A stretch of 64,000 nucleotides of DNA from Chitinophagales bacterium (GCA_023957215.1 JAMLHH010000006.1:46244-110243), one strand, 5' to 3'; positions 48,573 to 61,978 are shown, counted from the first letter of the stretch. The notes: a model not told the origin generated them from the sequence alone. Numbers and translations: made by a program.

Positions 48573-50455
48573 TGCTACAAGTTATTGATTTACAGATTGC
48601 ATTTGGAGACCGTGTGATAATGAACGGTGCAAGTTTTACACTTCTACCGGGAGACCGTGTAGGTTTGGTGGGTAAAAACGGTGCCGGAAAATCGACTCTA
48701 CTCAAAGCCATTCACGGGGATATTCAGACAGAAGGTGGTCAAATCAGCTACTCCAAAGACTATGAGATAGGTTATCTCAAACAAGAAATCAGAGGACATC
48801 ATCATCCAACGCTTTGGAAAGAAGCCCGTTCATCTTTTGATGAAGCCGTCTTATTGGAGAAAAAACTCAAACAGGTAGAGCATGAAATGGTCACACGTGA
48901 GGATTACGATAGCGACGACTATATGAAACTGACACAGATGTTAGTGGATATGCATGCCCGTTTGGACTATTTGGAATATTATGATATAGACCGAAAAATC
49001 GAACATATTCTTAAAGGTTTGGGATTTGAGAGAAGTGATTTTGAAAAAGCACCCTCCGAATTTTCCGGTGGATGGGCAATGCGTATCGAATTAGCAAAAA
49101 TCCTACTAAAAAAACCTGATTTATTACTTTTGGATGAGCCGACCAATCATTTAGATATAGATTCTATTTTGTGGTTGGAAAAATTTTTGAGTACTTATGA
49201 AGGTGCTTTGCTTTTAGTCAGTCACGACCGGACTTTTTTGGACAATGTGACCAACCGTACCTTTGAAGTAGAATTGGGAAGCCTGAACGAGTACAAAGCT
49301 TCTTACTCAAAATATGTCCTTTTAAAAGAAGAGCGACAAGAGCAACAAATCGCCGCATTTAGAAATCAACAAGACGAAATCAAACAAATACAAAGAAATA
49401 TCGACCGGTTTAAAGCTAAGGCCACCAAAGCTTCTTTTGCCAAAAGCTTGGAAAAGAAATTAAACCGTATGGATATGATAGAAGTGGATGTACATGATGA
49501 GCGAGCTATCCGATTTGCTTTCCCTTCCTCACCTGCTTCCGGTAAATTAGTGGTGGAAGCCAAAGATGTTTCAAAATCTTACGGTGAAAAAGAAGTTTTT
49601 AATCATGTCAATCTGAAAATATTTAGAGGAGAAAAGGTAGCATTTGTCGGTAAAAACGGAATGGGTAAGACCACTCTTTCAAGAATTATAACGGATGAAA
49701 TCAAAGCGAGTTCAGGGGTGGTCGAATTAGGTTACAACGTGGTTTTGGGCTATTTTGCACAACACCATGCCGAAAATCTTCCCAAACAAAAGACCATTTT
49801 GAGTCACATGGAAGATGAAGCACCGCCCGATATGGTCAGATCTTGTCGCGGTATTTTGGGTGCTTTTTTGTTTTCGGGTGATGATGTGGAAAAGAAGATT
49901 TCCGTACTTTCGGGTGGAGAGAGAGCAAGAGTCTGCTTGGCACAACTTTTACTTCAACCGACTAATTTTTTAATTCTGGATGAGCCGACTAACCACTTAG
50001 ATATGGTTTCTAAAGACCGGCTCAAAAAGGCAATAGCAGAATACAAAGGAACGGTGATAGTTGTTTCACACGATCGAGATTTCTTGGCAGGATTGACTGA
50101 TAAAGTTTTTGAATTTGACAATAGACGTGTCAAAGAATATCTCGGTGATATTTCTGAGTTCTTTGAGAAAAAAAGAATGGAAACCTTTAGAGAATATGAA
50201 ACCGAAGAATCTACTTCTAAGACAAAAAATACCGGTAATTCTCAGTCTGCTTCCCAAAACACACAATCCAAACAGGATAATACGCATAGTAAAATTGAAG
50301 AAATAGAAGCCAAGATAGCAGAGCTTGAAGGTAAAATTGCCAAATTAAATCTTGCACTCGAAAAAAGTTATAACCTTGCGGATGACAACAAACGCAAAAT
50401 GCTTCAGGAAGATTTGGATAAGCAAATGCAAAAGTGGGGAGATTTGCAATCTTAA
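48572..50455 (+). CDS. ABC-F family ATP-binding protein
   Basis: Two ABC cassettes (GKNGAGKS, FSGGW, LDEPTNHLD; GKNGMGKT, LSGGE) with no transmembrane domain. Confidence 0.93.
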   Translation: MLQVIDLQIAFGDRVIMNGASFTLLPGDRVGLVGKNGAGKSTLLKAIHGDIQTEGGQISYSKDYEIGYLKQEIRGHHHPTLWKEARSSFDEAVLLEKKLKQVEHEMVTREDYDSDDYMKLTQMLVDMHARLDYLEYYDIDRKIEHILKGLGFERSDFEKAPSEFSGGWAMRIELAKILLKKPDLLLLDEPTNHLDIDSILWLEKFLSTYEGALLLVSHDRTFLDNVTNRTFEVELGSLNEYKASYSKYVLLKEERQEQQIAAFRNQQDEIKQIQRNIDRFKAKATKASFAKSLEKKLNRMDMIEVDVHDERAIRFAFPSSPASGKLVVEAKDVSKSYGEKEVFNHVNLKIFRGEKVAFVGKNGMGKTTLSRIITDEIKASSGVVELGYNVVLGYFAQHHAENLPKQKTILSHMEDEAPPDMVRSCRGILGAFLFSGDDVEKKISVLSGGERARVCLAQLLLQPTNFLILDEPTNHLDMVSKDRLKKAIAEYKGTVIVVSHDRDFLAGLTDKVFEFDNRRVKEYLGDISEFFEKKRMETFREYETEESTSKTKNTGNSQSASQNTQSKQDNTHSKIEEIEAKIAELEGKIAKLNLALEKSYNLADDNKRKMLQEDLDKQMQKWGDLQS

Positions 50456-50531
50456 TCATTGCAAACCATGAAACAAAAGCTCGATAAAATCGGTTTCTAT
50501 TAAATACTTGATTTTATAATATCGTACAAAA

Positions 50532-52544
<2,013 letters not shown>

Positions 52545-52712
52545 TATAGCTACAATAATATTGAGACTGCTAGTGTAAATCACGATTTGGCAATAGATTT
52601 TCATTCATTTTCAAAAAAAGAAATAAAATATCGAAACTAAGTTTATCTTTGCATTCACTTTAAATTGATGGTGAATAAGAAAGCTGTCAATCAATTTTTA
52701 ATTTATAATACA

Positions 52713-52904
52713 ATGAAAGAAGGAAAAGTAAAATTCTTTAATGAAACAAAAGGCTTCGGATTTATCATTCCTAATGATGGGAGCAAAGAAATTTTCGTAC
52801 ATACCAGTGGATTGGTTGACAAAGTACGTGAAGGTGATGAAGTAACTTATGAAGAAGCACAGGGTAAGAAAGGACTCAATGCAGTCAATGTAAGACGCGC
52901 ATAG
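52713..52904 (+). CDS. Cold-shock protein
   Basis: GKVKFFNETKGFGFI, IFVH; ATG at 52713. Confidence 0.95.
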   Translation: MKEGKVKFFNETKGFGFIIPNDGSKEIFVHTSGLVDKVREGDEVTYEEAQGKKGLNAVNVRRA

Positions 52905-52920
52905 TATTCAGATAATTACT

Positions 52921-52956
52921 AAAAAAAACCGATACTGATTAGTATCGGTTTTTTTT
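52921..52956. terminator. Rho-independent terminator after the cold-shock gene
   Basis: A8-CCGATACT-GATT-AGTATCGG-T8. Confidence 0.9.
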
Positions 52957-52978
52957 ATTGCTTCTCAATAGATGAAAA

Positions 52979-53007
52979 AGAAAATGACTGATATAAAATC
53001 AGTCATT
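52979..53007 (-). terminator. Rho-independent terminator after the DUF4142 gene
   Basis: AATGACTGAT-loop-ATCAGTCATT followed by a T-rich tract on the minus strand. Confidence 0.7.
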
Positions 53008-53033
53008 CCCAATCAATAATTATGAAAAATGAT

Positions 53034-53630
53034 TTATTCAAGACCTGCTTGAATTTCTTTAGCTTTTGCCAAATGTGCTTCAAAATTAGGCACTGCTGAC
53101 TCAAGCAAAGATTTTAATTGTTCGTTAGAAGCATTAGGTATCAACAAATCTTTTACCGCTCCGATAGCAAATTCGTGATAAGTCACTTCATTGTCGATAT
53201 AAGCTTTGTTAAAATTTGCTCCACTTAAATTTTTCCATGCACCAATTGTAGAATCTCTACGGGCAACCAATGATTGACTGATGGGATTGTCTTCAGGTGT
53301 CACACCGAGTTCGCCAGCTAATTTGACGGCTGCATCAATTACTGAATTGTGGTCACTGACCATCATGTTAGCAAAGCCTTTTGCATCTGCATTGTCAAGT
53401 TTTTCTAAAGCAGCTTTTGCAAAGTCAATGTCAATTTGGTTAGCCGTTACCGCAATAGATGCAATTTGTGGGTCGGTTACTTGAGGAGCCGGAGCTTCTT
53501 CTACTGCCGTCGTATCTGTTGTGTCTTCGGTAGTGGTATTGTCCTTAGAGTTGTTAGCACAACTGTAAAAAACAAATAATGCGCTAAATGCAAATGCGCT
53601 TGTCTTAAAAAAATAAAATGCTTTTTTCAT
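53034..53630 (-). CDS. DUF4142 domain lipoprotein
   Basis: Lipobox (YSC), DPQIA...AN, FANMMVSDH, YIDNEVTYH. Confidence 0.87.
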   Translation of the reverse strand: MKKAFYFFKTSAFAFSALFVFYSCANNSKDNTTTEDTTDTTAVEEAPAPQVTDPQIASIAVTANQIDIDFAKAALEKLDNADAKGFANMMVSDHNSVIDAAVKLAGELGVTPEDNPISQSLVARRDSTIGAWKNLSGANFNKAYIDNEVTYHEFAIGAVKDLLIPNASNEQLKSLLESAVPNFEAHLAKAKEIQAGLE

Positions 53631-53822
53631 TTTAAAAAAGGTTTATACCAATAGTAGGGCTGATTAGTCACTAATGGTTGGTTTAAAAATAAATTGTTTA
53701 CTTCTCGTTTCATATATTTAAAGACTTTTATGAATAAATCTATTAAACAGTGATTTTTATCACAATAACAATATAGAGTATATGAAAGTTGCAACGGTTA
53801 CAAATCAAAATGTAAAATAATG

Positions 53823-55160
53823 TTAACTTTCCAAAATAGATTCTTCTATTTCTTTGTTTATCTTTTCTACAACTCTCTTTTTTGACGGATGAATAATCAG
53901 TCTCAAAACTCTATCGTAGTTCATATAATTGTACAACCAACCCGTCAAAACTATCATTTTGTTTCTAAAACCTACAAGCGACATCAAGTGGACGACCATC
54001 CATGCAGACCATGCTACCAAACCACCCATTTTGATTTTATTGCCAGGAAAATCAACCACCGCTCTGTTTCTTCCCACTGTAGCCATAGAACCTTTATCAA
54101 AATAGTTGAATGCTTTTGGTGTAATGCCTTGTTTTTCTCTCATCAGGTTTTTAGCCAAAAGCTGTCCTTGTTGTATCCCTACGGGCGCAACCATTGCATG
54201 ACCTCTTGGCAAATTTTCACTCACCATACAAGAAATATCACCTATTGCATAAATATTTTCCAAACCTTCTACTTGATTATAGGCATTGACTTTGATTCTT
54301 CCATTGGGATAAAGTGACTCTTTAGGCAATCCGTTGACTGGTATACCTTTTACTCCGGCCGTCCAAATGACAGTATCTGTATGAATGGTGTCATTATTGG
54401 CTAATGTCAATGTATTGCCGTCATAAGATTTCACGGCAGATTTGAGATGCACATGAACACCAAAACTTTTCAGATAACTCAATGCGCGCTTTTGGGAACT
54501 TTCGGACATCGGACCTAATAATTTATCAGTTGCTTCAAAAAGGTGAACCTGCATATTATTGATATCTAATTCCTTGTAGTCATTAGGCAACATGTGTTTT
54601 TTCATTTCACCAATAGCACCTGCTAACTCTACTCCTGTCGGTCCGCCACCCACGATAGAAACCGTCATCAATGATTTCTTCTTCTCCTCATCCTCTTCAA
54701 GAAGGGCATCTTCAAAATTCTCTAAGAGAAAACTCCTTAAATCCAATGATTCTGTAATAGATTTCAAAGTTTTCATTTTAGAGGTACTGTCTTCCGGTAA
54801 ACCGAAAAAGTTAGTCGTACTACCAAGTGCAATGACCAATTTATCGTAAGAGATATCGCCGATATTCGTTTCTACAATTTTATTGTCAACATCTACAAAC
54901 AGGGCTTCTGCCATTCTAAAAAAAATATTGGCATGTTTTTTCAAGAGTTTTCTCAATGGATAAGCTATCGAAGTAGGTTCAAGACCACCGGTAGCCACCT
55001 GATACAAAAGAGGTTGGAAAGTGTGATAATTGTGTTTATCTATCAAGACTACCTGATAGGCAGAATCTTTCAAATGAAGCGCCGCATTCATACCGGCAAA
55101 ACCACCTCCGAGAATAACAACTCTTTGTTTGTCTGTATTGGGAATCTTTAAATTTTTCAT
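53823..55160 (-). CDS. ndh: Type II NADH dehydrogenase
   Basis: GGGFAG, FQPLLYQVATG, GGGPTGVELAG, AIGD, DKGSMATVGR. Confidence 0.9.
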   Translation of the reverse strand: MKNLKIPNTDKQRVVILGGGFAGMNAALHLKDSAYQVVLIDKHNYHTFQPLLYQVATGGLEPTSIAYPLRKLLKKHANIFFRMAEALFVDVDNKIVETNIGDISYDKLVIALGSTTNFFGLPEDSTSKMKTLKSITESLDLRSFLLENFEDALLEEDEEKKKSLMTVSIVGGGPTGVELAGAIGEMKKHMLPNDYKELDINNMQVHLFEATDKLLGPMSESSQKRALSYLKSFGVHVHLKSAVKSYDGNTLTLANNDTIHTDTVIWTAGVKGIPVNGLPKESLYPNGRIKVNAYNQVEGLENIYAIGDISCMVSENLPRGHAMVAPVGIQQGQLLAKNLMREKQGITPKAFNYFDKGSMATVGRNRAVVDFPGNKIKMGGLVAWSAWMVVHLMSLVGFRNKMIVLTGWLYNYMNYDRVLRLIIHPSKKRVVEKINKEIEESILES

Positions 55161-55276
55161 GTCAAAAACTTTAATTGTTACTTTTCTTTCAGTCAAAACG
55201 ACAAACTCAAGACTTTGTTAGAGAAATTGATTAGTTTACGTCTTTATTTACACAAGTATTACTTACACATATAGTT

Positions 55277-56038
55277 ATGGAAACATTACAGGTAGAAAAC
55301 AGAAATGGTTACAACATCATTCGCTTAGACAGGGGAAAGGCAAATGCCATGAACCTCCAAATGATAGAGGAATTGATTGCAGAAATTGAAAGAGAAAAAA
55401 GTGACTCTTCCGTAAAAGGTACTATCATTACCGGTAAAGAAAACTTTTTTTCGGCAGGTTTGGATTTGCCTGAAATTATGACTTACGATCAAGAAAAGAC
55501 AAAATATTTCTGGAAAAGGTTTTTGGATATGATGGGTGTTTTAGTTGATTTTCCCAAACCTTTGATTTCATCTATCACGGGACACTCTCCGGCAGGTGGC
55601 TGTATCATCGCTATTTGTTGCGATTATAGAATCATGGCAGGAGGAAATTATAAGATTGGTCTGAATGAAATTCCTGTCGGTATCATCGTGCCGAAACAAG
55701 TATATGAATTGTATTCTTTTTGGTTGGGTAAACATCGGGCGTATCAATTTTTGATGGAAGGAAGATTAATGTCACCCCAACAAGCATCTGATACGGGATT
55801 AGTAGATATCATTATGCCGGCCGAACAAGTTTTAGATGCGGCAGAAAGGAAAATGAGACAATATCTCAGCTTTGACCAAGCGACTTGGAGCAAATCAAAA
55901 TTATCATTGAGGAGAGAAATAATTGAACACACTGTTCATTATGACCAGACACTTCCCGATAAGATGATAGAACATTGGTATTTGCCTAAGACCCAACAAA
56001 TCCTATACGGCTTTTTGGAAATGTTGAAAAAGAAATAA
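55277..56038 (+). CDS. Enoyl-CoA hydratase/isomerase (delta-isomerase-like)
   Basis: FSAGLDL, GHSPAGGC, IGLNE. Confidence 0.88.
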   Translation: METLQVENRNGYNIIRLDRGKANAMNLQMIEELIAEIEREKSDSSVKGTIITGKENFFSAGLDLPEIMTYDQEKTKYFWKRFLDMMGVLVDFPKPLISSITGHSPAGGCIIAICCDYRIMAGGNYKIGLNEIPVGIIVPKQVYELYSFWLGKHRAYQFLMEGRLMSPQQASDTGLVDIIMPAEQVLDAAERKMRQYLSFDQATWSKSKLSLRREIIEHTVHYDQTLPDKMIEHWYLPKTQQILYGFLEMLKKK

Positions 56039-56087
56039 GTTTTTAAATATTATCTTTACGCACTAATTAAATACCGGTAATAATTAG

Positions 56088-57044
56088 ATGTATCACAAAG
56101 CTCATCACTATTCTATCCTAATTGTACTTTTTGTGCTTTTACTTACGACCCATGTACTTGCACAGCAGAGTTCGCTCTTTTCACACTATTATTGGAACGA
56201 GCAGTTTTATAATCCTGCTTATGTAGGAAGTAAAGACATGTTACACATACAGGCACTCAACCGTTTTCAATGGGTAGGAATGGATGGCGCACCTCAAACT
56301 TTTAACTTCGCTGCACATTCACCTTTGAAGAATGATAATATCGCATTAGGTATTCATTTTTATAATGACAGGATAGGCGCTTTAGGCACCAACGGCATTG
56401 TAGGTCAATACGCTTACAGATTAAAATTTAAAGAAGACAAATACAAACTTTCATTAGGAATCCAAACGGGAGCAGAGTATCGCAATCTGAAAGGTTCAAA
56501 ATTGATAACAGATGATGGAATGCCTGATGCCATAGATCCTTCCAAATTCGAGAAAGATTGGATGTGGATGTTTGGCGCAGGAGCTTATTTTTACGGTGAT
56601 AACTTTTCGGTAGGTTTTGGAGTGCCGCAATTATTACCTAAATCTTTGTTTAAAAATAAGTTGGGCAGAGTAGAACCCGAGATGCAATATTTTATCAGTG
56701 GTGCTTATCAATGGAATATTAATTCCACTGTCAAACTTTTGCCGACGGCTACCCTTAGAATTATGCATCAAGAACCTACTCAGTTAGAAGTGACCGCCAC
56801 CGCCATTTTATACGACCAATTTCAGTTGGGAATAGGAGGTCGTACAGGAAAGACGATGATATTCATGGGGCAATATATGCATGAGTTTGAAAAAGGAATC
56901 AAACGACTAAATGTCGGATACTCTTTTGACAAGAGCATTGGGAAAGTAGGAACTATCAATAAAGGTTCGCATGAAATATTTTTGTCCTTTGACATACCTG
57001 TTCCTAATCAGGATAAACTTTATAAAAGTCCAAGATATTTCTGA
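56088..57044 (+). CDS. T9SS membrane protein, PorP/SprF family
   Basis: YNPAYVG, RFQWVGMDGAPQT, GYSFD, GSHEI, SPRYF terminus. Confidence 0.92.
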   Translation: MYHKAHHYSILIVLFVLLLTTHVLAQQSSLFSHYYWNEQFYNPAYVGSKDMLHIQALNRFQWVGMDGAPQTFNFAAHSPLKNDNIALGIHFYNDRIGALGTNGIVGQYAYRLKFKEDKYKLSLGIQTGAEYRNLKGSKLITDDGMPDAIDPSKFEKDWMWMFGAGAYFYGDNFSVGFGVPQLLPKSLFKNKLGRVEPEMQYFISGAYQWNINSTVKLLPTATLRIMHQEPTQLEVTATAILYDQFQLGIGGRTGKTMIFMGQYMHEFEKGIKRLNVGYSFDKSIGKVGTINKGSHEIFLSFDIPVPNQDKLYKSPRYF

Positions 57045-59299
57045 TGAAAAAGTTTATAAGTTATATTATCACTCTATTTGTAATTTGGAACGTATCTGCC
57101 CAATTACAAGATAGAAATTCTGCCTTAGACAAATACTATAAAACCCAATATGGCAATTCCATCAAAGAGTTATTAAAAATCGAACAAAAAGGATTGGGTG
57201 ACTTTGAAACCAAAGTAATTTTGGCTGATGCCTATTTTCATCTTCGTGATTTCTCTCATGCTTTGGAATGGATGGATAAAGCTTCAAAAATCAATCATTT
57301 TTCGGAAAAGTACAATATAACTTATGCTTACTTGCTCAAATCAAATGGAAGATATAGAGAAGCAGACAGTATTTACAAACGTTTGGGTGTGAAATATCAA
57401 GATCAATTATCTGATAAAATAAAGCTCATTTCTCCATCCAACTACGATGTTTCAAATGTCGAAATGCTCAATACCGTTTCTGACGAATTTGCCCCTGCGT
57501 TTTATAGAGATGGAATTGTTTTCACGGGTCAACCTAAAAAGAAAAACGACTTATATACTTGGAATAATAAATCATGGCTCAGACCATTTTATCTGCCATA
57601 CAAACCGGAAGGTACAGAAAACGGTCAGCCACAGCTTTTTAAATTGCCACGCAAGTCAAAAAAGAACCATCAAGGACCTGTTTCTTTTGGGAGAAATAGC
57701 AAGATGATTTACTATTCCCAAAACCAAAAAACGAAAAAAAATGAAGCTTCTACTTTGGGAATATATACTGCTCACAAATCAGGACAAAAATGGAAAAAAG
57801 TAAAAGCTTTCGAACTCAATCATCCTGAATATTCTATTGCTCATCCGTCTGTTAGTAAAGATGGTCGTACCCTCTTTTTCGTTTCAGATATGCCGGGGGG
57901 AATGGGTGGTACAGATATTTACTATACCAAATTTATGAATGGTAAATGGTCAAAACCTGTCAATTTGGGAGCTGCAATCAATACTTCCTTTAACGAGATG
58001 TTTCCCTATTTACATGAAGATGGTACTTTGTATTTTGCATCAGATGGACTACCGGGCTGGGGCGGTTTGGATATTTTTTACACCCGATTTGAAAATGGAG
58101 CATGGACAATTCCAGTGAATATGGGGAAGGATATTAATTCAAGCTTCGATGACTTCGGATTGATATTGGACAATAATAAATATATAGGTTATCTGAGTTC
58201 AAATAGACCGGGTGGAAAAGGTGGTGACGATATTTATCGCGTACAGATAAAAGGATATCGGGAGTTAGTCAAAAAATCTTTTATCTCAGGTAAGATTATA
58301 GATGATATTGCTTCCCAACCGGTATTGGATGCAATCGTCAATCTCATAGCCAATGGCAGGACTTTGCAAAATATCAATACGCAAAGCGACGGAATGTTTA
58401 GATTTGACTGGCCGGGAAAAGCCGATTCTGTCATTATTCAGGCAAATGCGGAAGGTTACTTTTCTACCGAACAAGTTATTTACCTTTCTGACAACAAGTT
58501 GCAAGATTTACAGATACAGCTTCAGAAAATCGAATTGAATAAAAGCATCCTTATCCACAATATTTATTACGGTTTCGATAAATGGGATTTAAGTCCTGCC
58601 GCAAAATCGGAACTGCAAAAGTTAGTGGTTATGATGAAAAAGAATAGCAATAGGATCATAGAAATAGGTTCTCATACAGATAGTAGAGCGACCGCCGATT
58701 ACAATTTGGAGCTTTCCAAAAAACGGGCTAATGAAGTAGTCAACTACTTGATACAAAACGGAATATCATCAGAAAGACTTTTGGCAAAAGGTTATGGTGA
58801 AAGTGAAATTCTCAATAGATGTGTAGATGGAGTGGACTGCTCAGAACAAGAACATGCTGTTAATCGCCGTACCGTTTTTAAGTTGATAGGTTTATTAAAC
58901 AATACGACTGAAAGTAAACAACTGACACCCGACGACATGGAGAAAGTTTCACCTAAGGAGGTTAAGAAAGAAAAAAACTCTGAACTTGTTACACCTATTT
59001 TGCCTACCAATACAAACACTCAAAAAGCAGGCGATTTGGTGTATAAAATACAGTTGGGCGTTTTTGGTAAGGTGGATTCTTCTTGGATAGAGCATTTTAA
59101 AAAATACGGTCAAGTGGAAATTCAGCAAGTACCGGGACAGTATGTATATCGAGTCTATCTTTCACCATTTAATACATATAGAGCGGCTAATATCGTACTG
59201 AAAGCAGTGAGGGAAACTGAGGTGAAAGAAGCATTCATTGTTGCCTTCTATAAGGGAGAAATTATTTCTGTCGAAAAAGCCAAAGATTTGGAAAAATAG
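57044..59299 (+). CDS. PorE-like OmpA-family protein (TPR, PD40 repeats, OmpA domain, C-terminal SPOR-like domain)
   Basis: FVSDMPGGMGGTDIY, YFASDG..GGLDIF, IGSHTDSR..YNLELSKKRA, NRRT; YKIQLGVF. Confidence 0.88.
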   Translation: MKKFISYIITLFVIWNVSAQLQDRNSALDKYYKTQYGNSIKELLKIEQKGLGDFETKVILADAYFHLRDFSHALEWMDKASKINHFSEKYNITYAYLLKSNGRYREADSIYKRLGVKYQDQLSDKIKLISPSNYDVSNVEMLNTVSDEFAPAFYRDGIVFTGQPKKKNDLYTWNNKSWLRPFYLPYKPEGTENGQPQLFKLPRKSKKNHQGPVSFGRNSKMIYYSQNQKTKKNEASTLGIYTAHKSGQKWKKVKAFELNHPEYSIAHPSVSKDGRTLFFVSDMPGGMGGTDIYYTKFMNGKWSKPVNLGAAINTSFNEMFPYLHEDGTLYFASDGLPGWGGLDIFYTRFENGAWTIPVNMGKDINSSFDDFGLILDNNKYIGYLSSNRPGGKGGDDIYRVQIKGYRELVKKSFISGKIIDDIASQPVLDAIVNLIANGRTLQNINTQSDGMFRFDWPGKADSVIIQANAEGYFSTEQVIYLSDNKLQDLQIQLQKIELNKSILIHNIYYGFDKWDLSPAAKSELQKLVVMMKKNSNRIIEIGSHTDSRATADYNLELSKKRANEVVNYLIQNGISSERLLAKGYGESEILNRCVDGVDCSEQEHAVNRRTVFKLIGLLNNTTESKQLTPDDMEKVSPKEVKKEKNSELVTPILPTNTNTQKAGDLVYKIQLGVFGKVDSSWIEHFKKYGQVEIQQVPGQYVYRVYLSPFNTYRAANIVLKAVRETEVKEAFIVAFYKGEIISVEKAKDLEK

Positions 59300-59302
59300 C
59301 AA

Positions 59303-60211
59303 ATGATGTTTCCTACACAACATGTCAATGATTTACTTTCTACATTACAATTACCTTCTCCATTACAAACTGTCAGTTTTTCTCTTTGGAAAGATAAAGA
59401 TTTAGAAATTTATTTTAAGAGAGACGATTTGATACATCCACTTATTTCAGGTAATAAATGGAGAAAATTGTACGGTCATCTACTAAAATTCTATCAAGAC
59501 GGGCATCAAGGTATTTTAACATTCGGTGGTGCATATTCCAATCATATTATAGCGACTGCCGCTACCTGTAACTTATTAAATATTTCAAGTATCGGAATCA
59601 TCAGAGGTGAAATAAGTGATGATAATCCGGCAATGAAGATAGCCCGTGAAAATAAAATGCACTTAATATCTCTTTCAAGAAGTCTGTATAAAAGCAAAAA
59701 CCTTTCAACGCTAAAACTACAAAATAAAGAGATAGATTGGAACAGCTATATGATAGTTCCCGAAGGTGGAGGAGCAGAAAATGGAGTCGTCGGTTGTAAG
59801 GAAATTATTGATGAATTAGACACTGCTTGCAACAAATATGATTACATAATCACTGCCTGTGGTACAGGGACGACTTGTGCAGGATTAGCAAAATATTCTA
59901 ATGCCGAAATAGTAGGTGTCTCTGTATTAAAAGGAGAAGATACTTTGAGTGACAAGGTTTATCAATTGTGCAAGAAAGATAATTTTAAGATTTTCACCAA
60001 TTACCATCATGGCGGATATACCCGAAAAACCACTCAACTGATGACATTTGCAAAATCTTTTACCGAAGAAACTCAAATTCCTTTGGATTATGTCTATACA
60101 TCAAAAATGGTGTATGCTTTTAATGATTTGGTTCAAAAGAACTTTTTCCCGAAAGGCAGTAAAATTGTCTTGCTACATACTGGTGGTTTGGTCAATGCAC
60201 CTATTGTTTAG
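59303..60211 (+). CDS. ACC deaminase / D-cysteine desulfhydrase family PLP enzyme
   Basis: KRDDL..SGNKWRKL, FGGAYSNH, PEGG, LDYVYTSK, LHTGG. Confidence 0.88.
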   Translation: MMFPTQHVNDLLSTLQLPSPLQTVSFSLWKDKDLEIYFKRDDLIHPLISGNKWRKLYGHLLKFYQDGHQGILTFGGAYSNHIIATAATCNLLNISSIGIIRGEISDDNPAMKIARENKMHLISLSRSLYKSKNLSTLKLQNKEIDWNSYMIVPEGGGAENGVVGCKEIIDELDTACNKYDYIITACGTGTTCAGLAKYSNAEIVGVSVLKGEDTLSDKVYQLCKKDNFKIFTNYHHGGYTRKTTQLMTFAKSFTEETQIPLDYVYTSKMVYAFNDLVQKNFFPKGSKIVLLHTGGLVNAPIV

Positions 60212-61974
60212 TGGGCAAATTGCAATTCCACCAAATTTCGGTAATAACCGTCTTCTTTTTCCAATAAACTTTCGTGATTACCCACTTCTTTGATAAGTCC
60301 ATGTTCTAAAACGATGATTTGATTAGCATTTTGTATGGTACTCAATCTATGTGCGATGATGATAGAAGTTCTTCCTTTTACCAATTTGTCAATGGCCTCT
60401 TGTATCAATAATTCTGATTCGGTATCTATCGAAGAAGTCGCTTCATCTAACACTAAGATAGACGGATTATATACCAACACTCTGATGAAAGAAATCAATT
60501 GTCTCTGCCCGGCAGAAATAGTGGCTCCTCTTTCCATCACGTTATAATCATAATCCCCAGGCATATCCATAATAAACTTATGCGCACCGATAATTTTTGC
60601 AGCTTCTATTACTTTCTCTCTACTGATTTTAGGATTTTTAAGCGTGATATTGTCCATTATCGAACCTGAAAATAGAAATACATCCTGCATAACTACACCG
60701 ATAGAACTCCTGAGTGCTGCCAAACGGTAGTCTTGAATTACAACGCCATCTATAAAAATTTCACCTTTTTGTATTTCGTAAAAACGATTTAAAACATTGA
60801 TGATAGAAGTTTTACCAGAACCGGTTGCACCGACCAACGCCATTGTTTCGCCCGGAAGCACATGAAAATTAATTCCTTTCAATACATATTCTTCATGGTT
60901 ATAGGCAAACCATACATCCTTAAATTCTATTTCGCCTTTTACTTTTTGAGGCACAAAAGTTCCATTATCTGGAATTTTCTCGTCCGTATCTAAAATCTTA
61001 AAAACACGATTAGCAGCGACAATACCCATTTGTAAGGTGTTAAACTTATCTGCCAGCATTCTCAAAGGTCTGAATGCTAAATTTAAGTATTGATAAAATG
61101 CGATAAATATCCCTACTTCTATCATAGAATTAGGAGCAATAATCAATTTGGCACCGTACCAAAGCATGATGGCTACGGCAATAGAAAGTATCACTTCTAC
61201 CAATGGGAAAAATATCGAGAAGTACCAAACAGATTTTAGGTTGGCATCTCTATGGTCTTGGTTGATCAGATCAAACTTTTCATACTCTCTATCCTGTGCA
61301 TTGAAAATTTGTACAATTTTCATTCCCGTGATATGTTCTTGGACAAAAGCATTCATCAACGCTACTTTCTCCCTGACTTCGTTAAAAGAATCTTTGATGG
61401 CTTCTTTGAAAATATAGGTACCCCAAATGATAAAAGGAAAGGTCACAATGCAAGCCAACGCCAATTTCCAATTGATGGATAGCATAAAAATAATCACCAC
61501 TATAAAAGTGAGAACATCGGAAATAATCGTGATAAATCCTTCCGAAAAAATATTACTGACGGCTTCTACATCATTAATCGTTCTTGTGGTAACAATTCCA
61601 ATTGGTGTCTTATCAAAAAATTTGAGTTTTAAACTTTCAGCGTGATTGAAAACTTTTACCCGTAAATATTTAATGACAGACTGTCCTAAGTCAGCGGTAT
61701 AATAACTAAAAATGTATTTGATAAGAAATTCGGCTATCAAAGTGACAGCTACTAACAGAGCCATCTTTTTCAGACCATTCTCATCATATTGGACGATATA
61801 GTCATCTACCATCACCTGTGTCAACCAAGGTCTGACAGATGTAATCAAGGCTGCCAAAATACCCATAATAATACATATCCACAACATGATTATAAAAGGT
61901 TGGGCTAAAGTGAGGACTCGTTTGAGTATCGGCCAATCCTTAATAACGGAAGTTTTTATTTCTGTCTGACTCAA
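60208..61974 (-). CDS. ABC exporter, fused transmembrane and ATP-binding domains (MdlB/MsbA-like)
   Basis: 6 transmembrane helices, GATGSGKT, ISAGQRQ, LDEATSS. Confidence 0.92.
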   Translation of the reverse strand: MSQTEIKTSVIKDWPILKRVLTLAQPFIIMLWICIIMGILAALITSVRPWLTQVMVDDYIVQYDENGLKKMALLVAVTLIAEFLIKYIFSYYTADLGQSVIKYLRVKVFNHAESLKLKFFDKTPIGIVTTRTINDVEAVSNIFSEGFITIISDVLTFIVVIIFMLSINWKLALACIVTFPFIIWGTYIFKEAIKDSFNEVREKVALMNAFVQEHITGMKIVQIFNAQDREYEKFDLINQDHRDANLKSVWYFSIFFPLVEVILSIAVAIMLWYGAKLIIAPNSMIEVGIFIAFYQYLNLAFRPLRMLADKFNTLQMGIVAANRVFKILDTDEKIPDNGTFVPQKVKGEIEFKDVWFAYNHEEYVLKGINFHVLPGETMALVGATGSGKTSIINVLNRFYEIQKGEIFIDGVVIQDYRLAALRSSIGVVMQDVFLFSGSIMDNITLKNPKISREKVIEAAKIIGAHKFIMDMPGDYDYNVMERGATISAGQRQLISFIRVLVYNPSILVLDEATSSIDTESELLIQEAIDKLVKGRTSIIIAHRLSTIQNANQIIVLEHGLIKEVGNHESLLEKEDGYYRNLVELQFAH

Positions 61975-61978
61975 ATTT

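Noticed and set aside
55191-55220. ECF-sigma-like promoter AAC-N16-CGTT upstream of ndh, with a similar site near 50469-50497
   Set aside because: Motifs are too short and spacing is inconsistent between candidates
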